A stretch of 64,000 nt of DNA from the human T2T-CHM13v2.0 reference genome, Homo sapiens, in the NCBI RefSeq assembly GCF_009914755.1, contig NC_060944.1; one strand, given 5' to 3'. The notes under the pieces are model-generated. The model did no database searches. It saw nothing but the letters and a program-made list of their open reading frames with translations, and had not been told where the DNA came from. Both the position numbers and the translations under genes were made by a program. The first letter of the stretch is position 1. Every line of letters begins with the position of its first letter. Of this stretch, positions 26,087 to 40,710 are shown piece after piece.

Positions 26087-26606
26087 AGACAAAAACAAAA
26101 ACAAACAAACAAAAAAAAACCCTAGCTAGGTTACTAAAGCCTCTTGACCCTGGTTTGTTTTAAACACCAAACTATTCTTGAATTATAGTTTCAGATGAAA
26201 AGAAGAAAACAGAACAAATGTCCTCAGTTCTGTATTTCTCTCTTTCTCAATATTAAGCATACACACATATTCATTTGTTCAGCTATTAGAAATTATGAAT
26301 TGAATACTTTCTGTGCACCACATCCATGTTTGCTGATGGTTATACAAAACAGCAAGAGTAATTCTATGGCATAATCCCTGCGCTTTGCTTCCTCAGATTT
26401 CCATGGGGAAAAGCAACTAATCATAATGGAATGTGATGAGTCCTATAATGTAAGTAAATGTCTAGGTTTTGAAAGACCAGCAGTTGCAGTGATTTGTTGC
26501 ACTCTTAACTTTGGAGAGGTTATGACAAAAGTAGAAACCACAGAAGTAAGTAGAATGGATTTTCCAGGTTTAGATACAGGATGGAGAAATTGAACAAGTG
26601 GTTTTA

Positions 26607-26659
26607 TGAAAGAAAGAAAGAGAGAGAGAAAGAGAGAGAGAAAAGGAAGAAAGAAAGAA

Positions 26660-26715
<56 letters not shown>

Positions 26716-26767
26716 GAAAGAAAGAAAGAAGAAAAGAAAAGGAAAGAAAAGAAAAGAAAAAGAAAAG
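26607..26767 (+). repeat. (GAAA)n/GA-rich microsatellite
   Basis: Seen directly. Confidence 0.97.
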
Positions 26768-28799
26768 ACAAGACCTTTAGAGATTATTAACTCTGAGAGT
26801 GGAAATGTGGACAAACTCTTTGAGGAGTATAGTGAAATTTATAAACATTGTCCCCCAAGAAAGCAATGCACATAAACAAACAACACAGTTTTGAATGCAG
26901 TTCCATGAATTCATCACAGAGCAGCTGCAAGTTTGTAATACAGGAAAACTTTAGTCTGAATTTCCTTTGCTTCCTTGCATCTTTAAAGCAGTGTTTCTCA
27001 GGGTAAAGGCTTTAAGCTAACTATATTAGAAACATCTGAGCTGTTTGCTTAAAATTCAGATTTCAGGCCTATCTCACACTCTTCATTGTAACAACTGTGT
27101 GATTCTCATTCAGTGAAGTCTTTCAAAGCTCCCAAGGAATTCTGGTGCCCACACTCTAAAACCCGGTGTATTTCACACTTATTTGGACTCACTGCAAACC
27201 TCTCACCCCGGCTTTTAAACTCAGGAGTTGCACAGTTGCGTCTGCTGAGAGGCCTGGAGAACCTCCCTCACAGAAAATTACGTAGTTAGAAAATCCCAAT
27301 TCTCATTCCCCCTTAAAAGATACATGCATTAAATTTCAGCTTGTGATAGGAAGCTGTCTTTCTGCCTACCTGCTTCCCATGGGTTTGTCTTATCTGCTCA
27401 AAAAAATTGAAATCTCTTGGCCTGTTGAGCCATAACTCCCCATTTTGCATCTCTCAGGTGGCTGGGCACATGGTATATGCTAATGAGTGTTTTTTAGTTG
27501 GCTATAGAGTGAGTGTTTTTGCTTCCTTTTCCTTTAATACAGCTAGCTAGCCTCTGTCATTCCATCAGGATCCAAATGGTTTTTATTTGTCCTTTTTTGC
27601 ATTTTGTGTTAGGATGGTCTTGTCACACTCCTGTGTCTGCAATCACCTGGTTTATTTTATTAAGGAATGTTTTGTTAGATTTATTCTCAGCTCCTCTGTT
27701 CTCTCCACTACCTCCTCACAGTCCTTTCACAGAAAGCCCTTTGTGTTGAGCAAACAGACCCTAATCTGCACATCTCCCTCCAAACTCCAACAGGGCTGCC
27801 AGGTGAGCATCTCAACACCAGCTGGAACAGCTGTTTGAGTGGTCCTGTGCAGCAGGCAGTGACTGTGTGTGCAGTTCTCTTGTCTGATGGGCCCTGGGTC
27901 CAGCACGCTCAGGGAGGAAGCCACAAGTGCAAATGTTTGCTAACCGGCTGGAATTCCTAAAAGCAGCTGCCTGCTGATTGATAACTCGCATAATGACACC
28001 AAGTGTTCAAACACTGCCAAGCAGGAATGAGACCCTGTGAGCTCCCCTATGCAATCCCTTGCTAGTTGGCCAAATCCTTATCTTCCAGTATGCAGGCAAC
28101 AAAGACAGCAAGAGCCAGAAGGTATCTGATCCAAGGATGCCTGTTACAACATTGATTTTAACACATAGGATGGGTGAGGAAGTGGCTTGATGCTTTCCAC
28201 TTGTAAAATTTTTAAGAAAATTATACACAGGGGCTCAGCACAAACATGGAGCCTATGTACTGGAATATCAAGATCAAATGTATTGGTATTTTTATGCTTT
28301 ATGGATAACAATGGACTTTGATATGAAACTAGTAGAACTGGCTTCTAGAAAATATTTGTTAAAGAGACTTTCTCTCTTCTAATGATCCTAAGATTGTAAG
28401 GAAGCCACAACATTTCTGTGCATTACTTTGCCACAGAATTTGGCCCAATGGTATAAAAATAAACCTTTTAAATAAAGATACATGGTCTTTGAAATTAAAA
28501 TGGCCTGCCAAAGTGGTTGAGAATGGCAGTCTACAAACAAAGATTAGCAATATGCAATATTTTGCATTGATATGTCTCAAGTCACTCTATTTCATCTGTG
28601 TTCATTGCTACCAATTTAGTTGAAACACATGCCACTTCTGTGGTCACCCTTTTCAATGGAGCTTAACTGACTGACTTCCCTACTCTCATATTGTATTATA
28701 TTCTCCACACAGTAGTGAGATTTTCCAAAGTCATAATGAATCAGGTCACTCTTCTTATTAACTTTCTTGGGTTGCATTTGAGAGAAATGCCCAAACTCT

Positions 28800-29109
28800 C
28801 TGTTACAGAAGAGAGAGAGTTCAGCATGACCCCACTTCTCTCCAAATGCAGATAAAACTACTCAAAAAGGGTTCCACAAGCTTCAGCATGGCTAGGTTTC
28901 TGTCTGCATATTATCAAATTAAATAACAGAGATTTTCTAAAAGAAAATACATTTATGTTGGGAATAGAGGATTGCAATGTGGATATGTGTGCCATAGTAA
29001 ACTATGTGCTTATTCAAGGAGGTAAAGGATGACAAAGGTTTAAAAAAAAAATAAAAATAAGGAAGAGTACATAATTGTTTTGAAATAATTATCCTTGTTG
29101 ACAAAGGCC
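28800..29109 (-). mobile_element. ERV1-type LTR fragment truncated at the L1PA junction
   Basis: Contains aaattaaataacagagattttctaaaagaaaa...gggaatagaggattgcaat...aaataattatccttg; subfamily not resolved. Confidence 0.5.
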
Positions 29110-29962
29110 AACAAACAACCCCATCAAAAAGTGGGCAAAGGATATGAACAGACAGTTCTCAAAAGAAGACATTTATGCAGCCAACAAACATGAAGAAAAG
29201 CTGATCATCACTAGTCATTAGAGAAATGCAAATCAAAACCACAATGCGATACCATCTCATGCCAGTTAGAATGGTGATCAGTAAAAAGTCAGGAAACAAC
29301 AGATGCTGGAGAGGATGTGGAGAAATAGGAATGCTTTTACACCGTTGGTGGGAGTGTAAATTAGTTCAACCATTGTGGAAGACAGTGTGGCGATTCCTCA
29401 AGGATCTAGAACCAGAAATACCATTTGACCCAGCAATCCCATTAATGGGTATATACTCAAAGGATTATAAATAATTCTACTATAAAGACACATGCACGCA
29501 TATGTTTATTGCGGCACTATTCACAATAGCAAAGACTTGGAACCAACCCAAATGTCCATTAATGATAGACTGGATTAAGAAAATGTGGCACATATACACC
29601 ATGGAATACTATGCAGCCATAAAAAAGGATGAGTTCATGTCCTTTGCAGGGACATGGACAAAGCTGGAAATCATTATCAGCAAACTAACACAAGAACAGA
29701 AAACCAAACACTGCATGTTCTCACTCATAAGTGGGAATTGAACAATGAGAACACATGGACACAAGGAGGGGAACATCAGATACCGGGGCCTGTTAGAGGG
29801 GTGGGGGGCTAGGGTAGGGATAGCATTAGGATAAATACCTAATGTAGATGATGGGTTGATGGGTGCAGCAAACCACCATGGCACGTGTAAACCTGTGTAA
29901 CAAACCTTCACATTCTGCACATGTGTCCCAGAACTTAAAGTATAATTAAAAAAAAAAAAAAA
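29110..29962 (+). mobile_element. 5'-truncated L1PA (L1PA7/8-like) 3' end
   Basis: ORF2 C-terminus, G-rich 3'UTR (gggtgcagcaaaccaccatggcac) and poly(A). Confidence 0.93.
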
Positions 29963-32950
29963 GATTTTTAGCGAAATAGCATTGTGAGGCTTATTTTAAT
30001 GCAGATTTAAAAAAACTTGCCTGAATGTTTGAAACATGGAATATGTTTAATAAATGGTCGATATTATGATGGGTAGACAGTTGATGATGGCACTGATTAA
30101 AAGACAGGTAAGAAAAAAGTACAGATAGTCAAGCTCTAGAATAAAAAATATAATATGTACAGTTCAGAACTCAGTACAGAAAACATATTGTTTTACCTTT
30201 GGTTTTGATTTTCATTTTCAAATATCAGCAATTGGGCTATTAAATTCACTTTCTTATAGAGGCATAGCACAAGCTGATTAAATATATTTAGTAGTTGTGG
30301 TCTCAGGAGTTGATTTAAAGTAGTGAAATATACACCATTTAAAATGTTTGGTGTCCAGACAGCATTTAAATCCTCAGACCAATTAAGTTTAATTATTGAG
30401 TGAGTGGTAATACTTTTCTTCAACAATGTGAAGGTTAAATTAAAATTCGTTTTCAAACTAGCAGGTAACACCTACTAATTGTCAATCAGTCAAATGTTTA
30501 TTTGAGGAACTGCTTGAAAAAAATAGAGATTAAAAATATTAGCTTGAAGCTAATCTTCTCTAATATTATAAGCATTATACTTGGATTCTGCAAAGATCTT
30601 TCTTCTTTAACCAGTACTGTGGCCAATCTAAAACAGACCTTTCTGAAACTTGTAAATAAGGTCTAGCAAAGGTTTCAAAAATATGTGAATTGGAGGTAAC
30701 TCATAGACTTGAAATTCCAGAAACCTCCCGTCCATAGCTGGGTGACTGACAAGAATCTCACTATTCTCTCTCACTATATTAAAAATGCAGAATGATTTCT
30801 CCTGCTTGACAAGAGCTTTTGTGGGGCATTACAAAAGGTAAACACATAGATAAGCACACAGCTACACAGATAAATGGAGGGGAAAAACCTTACAATGGCA
30901 TTCAACAAAGAAAATCATCTTGTTGGGTATAAAAATTACTGAGTAAACAGACACAGAGAACAATATATGAAGAACATTTTAAGCTTCACCCATAGTCCTA
31001 CAAAAACACATGCACTGAGCTAAAACTTTGCTTACGGGGGTACCGATGAAGTGAAAGGTGCTGTGCACTATGGAAATAAAGATGCCAGAAATATTTGAGA
31101 ATAACTCCATTTTCTGATGATCGCTAATTAGGGAGTAGGCTCAATGGGATACTCAATTATATTTTTTAATGAAGGTATGCAACAAATTACAAAGAATAAT
31201 GTAACATTTACTTGTGAAACTTACCATCCTACTTCATTACCCACATAGTTAGAGTTCTCTTGAAATGTCTTGCCCAATCAACCTTCTCCCTGCTCTCTCC
31301 CTGCTTAAGAATCAGCATAGTGCTTCTGAGATTTATTAGTTGCTGATATGTATCAGTTTAATGCAAACAATCTACAACTTTATTTTAAAGAAAAATAACT
31401 ATATGGCTGTACTTCTAGTCTATACACTCCTGAGTGTGCCAAAGTGTTTCATTTATTGTAGTTTATATAAACATAACAAATTTGAGAAATGCATACAATT
31501 CTTCCCATTAAATTTTTTCACAGTTGGGAAAAAATGAGCCTTAGAGAATATAAACAACTTGCCAAGGTCATATTCTACAACATCAAGCTCATATAAAGTG
31601 CAAATATGCAAGAATACACTCAGTTTTAGAGGATAATTGCATGCTATTTCATTAGCCATAAAATACACTATTTCTCTAGAAAACAGAATGATCAATTAAG
31701 GTAGTTGAATAGTAGAGATTTCTACTGCATAACACTGAATTTTTTAAGTTTGAAAAATTAGAAAGGCTGTGTTATATGTTACACATAAGAACTCCATCAT
31801 AGCAATGTTACTGACCACAGTGAAGTGGAGAATAGAGAATATTACTTGACTATTTTGTACTATGAAGTATTCATTTTATGGTTCTTATGTATTCTAGCCC
31901 ATAATTACGTAGAATTGTTTACCATTCAAAAATATGTATTTTGACACAAAGGAATATGGCGTAGCAACTCCTATTCCCAAATATATCCCACTATTAAATT
32001 ATGATGGTGGCTTTCTGTGTTTATGTAATTGACTTTTACTCACAGATGCCTCAACTGTGTATGTTAAGATGTTTTAAAATCAATAAAGGCAATGTAAGAA
32101 GTCACCAGTTGTTGGCAAACAAAATGAAAATGATAAATTCTTGTAAGTCATAATTTTTGACAGATTGTAAAAAAATTGTATACTAGTTGTGTTAATATTG
32201 TCTTCTGACTTAATTTTCCCTACACTACCTGCCCCCCACCTACCCGGCCTACAAAAACAAAGTTTTAGGGTGGACTTTATTACAAAGATGCATCGATGTC
32301 TACCAAACTATATATCCATAAATCATTCCTACCTGCATACATAAGTTTATAAAATGTGAACATGCATATGTTCATAACCTATGTAATTTCACCACATCTT
32401 CTGTAAACTATCAGTCCCCTTTCCAGTGAGGTCAAACAAAATGTATGTTCAAAGTACATATGAAATTACTATTCTTCATTAAAATGTAAAACATTGATTT
32501 TACATTCAGGTGGATACTCTTCTTCTGAAGGAAATTTCAAAAAAAGTCTCAAAAATAAGGAAAAAGAGGACATGAGTTCGTTTTCTTGTTATGAAATCAT
32601 ACTTACCACACCATAACTTTCAAACAATGTCCCCACTTTCAGAATCACAATTCAGGGTACTAAATGGACACCAAAAGATGAGTACTAAAATAACAAGTCC
32701 TTTTGAATTTCTCTACCCATTCACCATCCTTGTCAATTTTTCGGTGCTTAAAATTCTATTATTTAACATTCTTGTTTTTGTTTAAAGAGTATTTTGTATC
32801 TGGATGCCTCTGGACTTGAAGAGGTTGATAGAGGTAGTAAGGAGAACACAATTCTTAGCAAAGCATCTAGACATATTAAGATGTCTACACAAGGATCTTA
32901 AATTGTAAGTGTGTTTCTTTTGACGAAAAATATATTACCTCAAAGTAGAG

Positions 32951-33244
32951 CTGTGTTTCTCAGCCTTGGCACTATTGACATTTTAGAATATATTACATAA
33001 TTATATACATAATATATATTATAGATTTTTTTTTAATTTTGGGGGACTATCCTGTACATCGTGGTGTGTCTAGCAGCCACTCTGGTCTCTACCTACTAGA
33101 CGCCAGTAGCAAACTCTCCCTTGAGTCTCCTACTCCTACATGGCCAGAAAGTTGTGACAACTAAAAAACCTCCCCAGACATTGTCCATTGTTCACTGGAG
33201 ACAGATAGCTCCTGGAGGGCAATTCTCCCCCATTGAGATCGCTG
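32951..33244. mobile_element. MER20 (hAT-Charlie)
   Basis: Contains tttctcagccttggcactattgacattt ... ctacctactagacgccagtagc ... gttgtgacaactaaaaa...ccagacattg. Confidence 0.85.
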
Positions 33245-34912
33245 AAGTAGAGTCTTGATAGGAAACAAGGAAGCACTTCCTCACTAGAATTTAAGCATCT
33301 GGTGGGCAGGAGGTTTATATTGTTCAAATCATAAACCCAGCATTTAGAACAGTGCCTTCCATATAGCAGGTAACTGATAAATATTTGCCAAAATAAGTGA
33401 ATGAGTAAAATGTCCAAAACAAATGATGTTTCGATCATAAAATAGGGTACACTGTTAAAAAGTACATATTTTTAATGTATTTATTATGTTTACTAATATG
33501 ACTAGATTCTCAGAAAATATGAAGCAGAAAAAGCTAAATACAAAAAGCATGTCTAATTTATTCCCATTTTGTGGTAGTAAAAATATATATATCTTGAAAT
33601 ATATGCAAAAATTGTGGCTGTACTAGGTAGCAGAATTGCATACTATTTTTATATTCTGCTTAAGTTCATTTATACTTTATTATGTGCAATGTTTTATTAT
33701 GCAAAATTTAGTTGTTAGTTTACAGAAGATATACTAAAGAACAGAGTAGTTCCAGTACAACAAGAAAATCCTTTCCTAATTCCACATTCTGCATATCGAT
33801 GAGTTCTAAACATCCTGGACTGCTGACCCAAAAGGGTTCCCTGAGAAAACTCCTCTAGATGATGCCCCTGATTCTAAAAATTCTTGTCTATGTTCTCAGA
33901 AGTGTCCTCAGTACTATGGAGACCTGGGGAAAAAATAGTTCAGAGTCCCAGTGATGAACAAGTTTAAAATCTAATTGGGAACATGAGACCTATACACATG
34001 AATCTGTGAAAACAACATGAGAAAGGATGTAATGAGATGTTAAATTTTGTGTTGTTAACTCTGCTTTAGGACTTTATGCAAGAGAGGTACCAAGGAATTA
34101 GTGCACTTGGGTAGATGGGATTTGTGCTGAATCATCAAGGTTGAATGAGACTCAGGTAAAAAAAAAAAAAAAAAAGATTGGAAAGGGCATCCCCAAAAGG
34201 GATAAAAGACAAACAAATATGGTGAGTAAAGGCACAAAGAGAAAAGGTGAAGACAGGTAGAAGGCATCAAAGATGCTGATCTCATTAGAACAAAGCGGTA
34301 AAGACAACTTATCAACAGAGGTGCAACTAGCACATAGGAAGGACTAGTCTGTATTAAGTAGCAATGCTCTAGGGCATGAACAAACTTTTCATACCTTTAT
34401 CCCCCTGCACCAAATGGCAGAAGAACCAGTCTTCCTTCAGCAAAGGCAATTTTACACAGTCTCCCTTCAGGATATCGGGCACCAGTAATTTTTACAAGTT
34501 TACTCTGTTTCTCAATGACCCTGAATAACATCCAGCTTTTATCATGAGGAACCACCCTATATACTCCCAAGTGTTACTAGGATTGGGTGATAGGGTTATA
34601 CTGCCCCAGTTGAAAACTGCCAAGTCCCTAGGATCTATTGTCTGATGTTTCGGGCTGGATCTGCATTTCTTTCACTTTCCACTCAATTTCTTGTGATTTC
34701 TGAGCAAGGTGTGAGCTTCATTGTGGGGTGTGGGGCAGACTCTGCAGTCAAACAGTTTGAATTGGAATCTAGGTTCCCCCAGTTGTGGGATGCATAAATT
34801 TAGGCAGGTTATTCTATACATCTAAGTCTTAGTTTTCCCATCTATAAGATAAGGCAACATACTAAGAACTCCATCTCTTACAACCAAAGAGAGGGGTTTT
34901 GGTGAATGGATG

Positions 34913-35370
34913 TGTTCTGGGTTGAATTGTGTCCCCCTAAAAATATATGTTGAAGTCCTAACCCTGAGTACCTACGAATGTGACTTTATTTGGAAATAGG
35001 ATCTTTGCAGATAGATATAATCAAGTTGAAGGGAAGTCATACTGGATTAGGATGGGCCCTAATTCAACATAACTGCTGTCATTATAAGAAAAAGGAAATT
35101 TGAACACAGAGGCACACAGGAAGGATGCCACATAACAAAGGCAGAGACTGGACTTATGCAGCAGCAAACCAAGGAACACCAGAGACTGCCAGCAAACCAC
35201 CAGAAACTAGAAAGAGGCAGGCAAGGATTACCTACAGCTTTCAGAAGGATCATGGATCTGACGCTGATTTTAGACTTCTAACCTCTAGAAGTGCTGGACA
35301 ATAAGTTTCTGTTGTTTTCAACCACACAGTTTGGGGTACATTGTTACAGCAACCCTAGAAAACTAATACA
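34913..35370 (+). mobile_element. MaLR solo LTR (MLT1B/C-like), complete TG...CA
   Basis: Runs tgttctgggttgaattgtgtcccc ... gcaaccctagaaaactaataca. Confidence 0.9.
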
Positions 35371-36399
35371 GAATACGTTTTAAAACCTGGTGAAATCTGA
35401 GTAAGATAAATAGTCTAACTGATTTCAATGTGCTAATTAATAAAATGCACTCCAGTTATGTAACATATCATCATTGGGGGAAGCTGAGTGATAAGTACCA
35501 AGACTTCTTTGTCCTACTTCTGTACCTGTGTGTGAGTCTACAATTATTTCAAAGTAAAAAGTTAAAAAAAATAGGACTACTAAGAAACATCAATAAGATA
35601 ATGCATGTAAATTATTTTATTTATTAAACTACTCAACCAATATTGCTGGTATTAATTTTAGAATCAGTAGATTTTTAGCCATACCAGAGAATCCAAAGGC
35701 TTGGTGTTTTAGAATCATAAGAAATACTGATTATGAAACTACTGTAAATTATTTGGCCTTTTTTGACTTTCGGATATAAGAAACAGCATATGGCAACAGA
35801 TGCTGTGCACCTAGCTAACAATCAATGAACTGCAAATTTTCCACTTGGTATCATCTATCCAGCTCTCATGAAGTTGACCTCCCAGCTACAGCTCACACAG
35901 TTGATTCTTTGTGGGTCCATGACTTTTTTGGACCTTGCTTGGTGAGGTTAAGAATTTGCATATATTTCTCCTGGCTTTCCCTGATGGTGATTTGTTTTTC
36001 TGTTTCAATCACATTGAGTGGGCAGTGATAAAACCAGTACAGAAGGCCAGTGTAGCCATGTCTACAAGTTGACGTCCTCACTCATAAGAAAACGTGCAGG
36101 TCTTATGTCTCATAGTTATATGTGTCGATTGAAAATTATGGTGTCCACCTTGTATGGGAATGTCTGAAACAGTGTGTGGAGTTATGATATAATCTTGACA
36201 TTTTAGAAAAATAATACTTTCAGCATTAAGCTACTTTCTACTAGGTATTCACTTTTGATTTGAGTACTTCTTTAGTTACAGCCAATGTTCTGTCTTTTAC
36301 TGGTGGAATATCTGCTAGCCATGCTATAGGGAATGAAGAACAGCTCTTAGCAGAATAGAGCAGGCAGGGAAGTGGCAGTCCACCCAGTGCCCCAGGTTT

Positions 36400-36960
36400 T
36401 TTCATTCATCCATTCATAGAAACAAAGAATACGTATTAAGCATGTTTTATGTGCCAAGCATTAGAACTGAGTTAGCACCGAGAATAAGGCAAAGTAGCCA
36501 TTCTCATGATGCTTATATGCACAGGTTGGGGAAACAGATAATAAACAAATAAGCAAATAGGTAAGTGATCATTTTAGATATTAATTGACATTTAAAAAGT
36601 AAAAACAGTAAAGTGATGTTTAATGGAAAAATAATGAGTAGGGTAAAGGTGGGGTCACAGGAGAGACTCAACGGGGAGGTGACTTTTGGGCTGAGACCTG
36701 GGTGAGGAGGAATCAGCCACACTGAAACCAATGCCAAATGTGCCAAGCAGGAGAAACAGAAACTGCCAGGGGACCTGGGGCACTTTGGAGGACAAAGAGA
36801 AGGCCGTTGTGACTCAAATCCAAGGGGCAAAAGGCAAAGTTAATTGTGACTAAGTCAGAGTTAGTGGAGAAGGAGATTACACAAAGCCTAGGAGGTGATT
36901 GACTGAAGTTGGATTTGATTCTCATGCAATCAAAGGCTTTTGGATAGTTTTAAAATGAAA
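36400..36960 (-). mobile_element. L2 fragment
   Basis: Contains cattcatccattc...tatgtgccaagca...gaggtgacttttgggctgagacctg. Confidence 0.65.
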
Positions 36961-38599
36961 GAAGGGAATAAAAGATCCTGAAGAGAAGGAAAAACATGGA
37001 GATTCCAAGGAGAGTACTCTTTTCTAGGGAGATTTCAGCTTATGATTTCTATAAATAAAATAGGTTTCAAGCAATTCAGTTGTCTGCTTGGCTCTTACAT
37101 ATATCACTTATGAAGATCCTGAAGTGCGGTGATTAAGAAAACAGAATCTTAACCTATTCAATGACCAGGTATTAACCTAAACTTTACAGGAATGTGATAT
37201 TGGTCAAGTTAGCTTATATTTAGGCTTCAGTTCCCTACTCCTTAAAATTGAGTCCTCCCTAAGATATGCCATTAACCCAGAGCTTAGAACCTCATAATCA
37301 CATATTAAATGTTAGTGATTTTGATAATGCTACCATCATCATAACCAACAACCTGACAGAATCTATTAGAGCTTTGTACATAGTACTTGCAAGACCTGTT
37401 ATTTTGGGGGTAGGGACCATATTTATCTTTTAATCACTGTTTTTCCCAATGCTTGGCAAAGTTATTTGCACATTGTAGACACTCCATAAATATTTGTTAA
37501 ATAATTAATGAAAAGAGGAAAGCAGATGCTCAGAAAATGTTTAATGAATTACTTAGCTGAATCCTTTACCTGTTGATTACCAGTTATCTGTAGCTCATGG
37601 GTGCTGTTTCTCTGTATTTATTCCCATTTAGATGGCAATCTTTTAAAGTTCCTTGGAATGAAACCATAATTTCTTGCATCAATTTTGAACATTCTATGAA
37701 TGAGAAGGCTTAGGGTAAAAGGGAGGTTGAGGCTTGTCAAATATAGATTTTGTATCTATCTGGGTGAGACAGTATCTTTTTGATAGAATGCATCTACTTG
37801 TACAGAACTATGACTGAGTTGTGTAAAATACCCATACTATACATATTTCATGTTATCTATAAGCCAAGGCTCCAAAATGAAAAATGAAGGTTGGGCTGTC
37901 AAACTCAGCATTTGGGCAGATATTTTGATACAAAATCTGTCTACAATGAGAATTAATGTACCCAGAGTGAGGAAGATGTGGCAACCGTCCAAAGAAATCT
38001 TCTAAAAGAAAGGTCACATCCAGTAGAGGTGTTTATTTAAGGGTTAGAAAAAGAGAGATGTACATTACTCACCAATGTTGCATACATAGTCGGTATCCAT
38101 TAAATCTTGCTGAATAGTCCAAACTATGAACATCAGCGGTAGAGAAATTCAAAGAACTTTGGTGACAAAGATAATAAAGAAAAGTATTATGTTGTGTTAC
38201 AACAAGTATGTTTAAGAGATAAGACATTTTGAAATCAGGCTATTTGATTTGCAGCTGTATTTCTTTGAGCAAAATACTTACTCATTCTGAATGAAGTCTT
38301 AGAGTGAACATGTCTCAAATAACCTAATAAGTCTTACCTTGTAAGGCTGTTATCAGTATTGCATTAGATAATGTGTAATATAAGCACACAGCAAGTATTC
38401 CACCTACATTGGTTGTTGTTTCTGCTATTGTTATCATATTTATTGTGAAATGTTTAGCAGTTTAGTCATAAACGTGATATTCCACACAGAAGAGTGGATA
38501 AGAGATTTCTAATTTCAATCATGACAAAATAGTGGGTAGCATTTATCAGAATTATCCTTCCACCTGATAGAACCATAAAACTAAATAAAATATGTGAAT

Positions 38600-40019
38600 C
38601 AATAAATCTCATTTATCTCATTAACAAAAAAGTGGGAAAATCATATAATCATCACAATAGATAAAGTACAACAGAATTGGAGACTTCCTCAATCTGCAAG
38701 ATTTCCTGATGAAAATCCAAGAAAAACATACAGATATCATCATACCTAGTTGTGAAAGATTGAACAAGTTTCCTCTAACACTGGGTACAATGCATAAATG
38801 TCTCTTCTCAGTACTTGTGTTTGTCATTGTACCGAGCACTAGCCAGTTAGATAAAGTCAAAATAAATACATGCATAAATACATAAAAAGTGAATAAATGT
38901 AAAAAATAAAAGCTATAAAAACTCAAAAAATAAGTAAAAATATTATTTGCAGATGACGTAATTTTTATGTGGACATTTCTAAGACTACTAAGTCTAATAA
39001 TGGGATTTAACAAGATTGCAAGATTCAATGTCAATATACAAAAAAGTATGTTTATATATTTGTGAAAAGTTGGAAAAATACCAATGACAATAGCTTCAAT
39101 ACACATAAGATAATTAGGGATAAATTTTATGAAGGACGTACAAAATCTCTATACTGAAAACTATAAAGTATTGCTGAAAAAAGTGAGTTAAATAAATAGA
39201 TGTAGCAAAGGCTTGGGTTGAACTCGACATTATGATATTAATTCTCTCAAAAAAGAATACTAATTGTCTCTAAATTCATCTATAGATTCACCAAAATCTT
39301 AATTATAATTCCAGCAAATGTTTGTTGTTGTTGTTGTTTCTGTTAATTTGACAAATGGATTCCAAAATTTACATAGAAATTCAAAATACCTAGACCTTAA
39401 CCTAGACCTGAACTACACAATCTTTTAAAAAGATAGCAAAGACTTTTCCTTACCTGATTTCAAGACTCACCATAATGCTACATTAGTCAAGCTAGTGCAG
39501 TTGTGGCACAAAGCTGGACAAATGAATTCATAGCTCTGAATAGAGAGTCCAGAAATAGACACATATGCATATGGTCAATTGATTTGTTGGCAAAGATGCC
39601 AAAACATTTCAATAAAGAAAAGAAAGTTTATTCACAAGAGAATGCTGGAACAATTGGATAACCGCATAGAACAAAAGATGAAACTCAATGCCTACCTAAC
39701 TTTCAATGCAAAAATCTAAGCCAAGATAAATATATACCTAAATGTAGGAGCTAAAACTGTAAAGCTTTCTAAACTAATGCATAAGAAAATATCCTTATGG
39801 CTATAAGTTAGGCAAAGATTTCTTATAACTCAGGAACATTGATCATACAAGAAACAATAAATTTGACTTCTGTTCATTAGATATTATCAAGAAAATTAAT
39901 ATGTATGCATGGAGAAAAAATCCAGAATACATAAAGAAATCTTATGATGGTAATAAAAAGATAAACTAATAATAAATGCAATAATCCATATTTCACAAGG
40001 AAGATAAGCAGAATGGCCA

Positions 40020-40067
<48 letters not shown>

Positions 40068-40710
40068 AACATCATTAGTCATTGGGGAAATGCAAATTAA
40101 AGCTGTATTGAGAAACCACTGCATACATACTAGAATGGCTTAAATTACAACACATATGCAGGCACGCACACACATATACCCCAAATGTTGACAAGGGTAT
40201 GTAGCACCAAAACTCTCATACACAGCTGGAAACAGTGTAAAACTGCACAGCTACATTGAAAAAAGATTGGCACTTTTTAATAAAGTTTACCAGATACCAC
40301 TTCTGGGACCTAGCAATGCAATTTTCAGGCATTTGTCCAAGAGTAAATATGTTCGTATAATGAATATGCAAGAATGTTCGTAGCAACTTTACTCATATCC
40401 CCAAATTGGAAATAACCCATATATCAATCATCAGAAGAATAAAAATGTTTTAAATGTGGTATATCCATTCAATAAAATACTACTCAACAATAAGAAAGAA
40501 GAAATTTGTTTTACAAAAATTGGAACAATGACTGCTTCTGAGTTAGTGGTCAGGAATAGACTAGAAAAGACACAGGAAGTGTCTGGGGTGACAAAAATGT
40601 TCTGTGTCTCAAAAGAGATATGAGTTACATGAATGTATGCAATTGTGAAATCTCATTGAACTCTATATTTAATATTTGCGCATTTTACTCTGTCTAAATT
40701 TACATTCAAA
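38600..40710 (+). mobile_element. Old L1M element (ORF2 3' part + 3'UTR)
   Basis: Degenerate L1 motifs (ttatttgcagatgac, atagagagtccagaaatagac, ggaaatgcaaattaaa); ends approximate. Confidence 0.82.
40022..40063 (+). repeat. (CA)n microsatellite
   Basis: About 21 uninterrupted units. Confidence 0.97.

Larger units (their letters stand above)
21987..26130 (+). mobile_element. HERV-W (HERV17/LTR17) processed pseudogene, L1-mediated, 5'-truncated, internally deleted
   Basis: Begins at the gag end (cagcaggacTGA, stop 22012-22014), then pro/RT/RNase H and env. The 3' LTR stops at the R poly(A) site with no U5 and is followed by an A-rich tail (26086-26119). Flanked by a degenerate TSD aaagaccttcgctagg (21987-22002) / aaaaaccctagctagg (26115-26130), 13/16 identical. 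No 5' LTR or PBS. Confidence 0.96.

Noticed and set aside
26443-26875. Lys/Glu/Arg-rich and Phe/Ser/Leu-rich ORFs
   Set aside because: They are translations of the (GAAA)n microsatellite.
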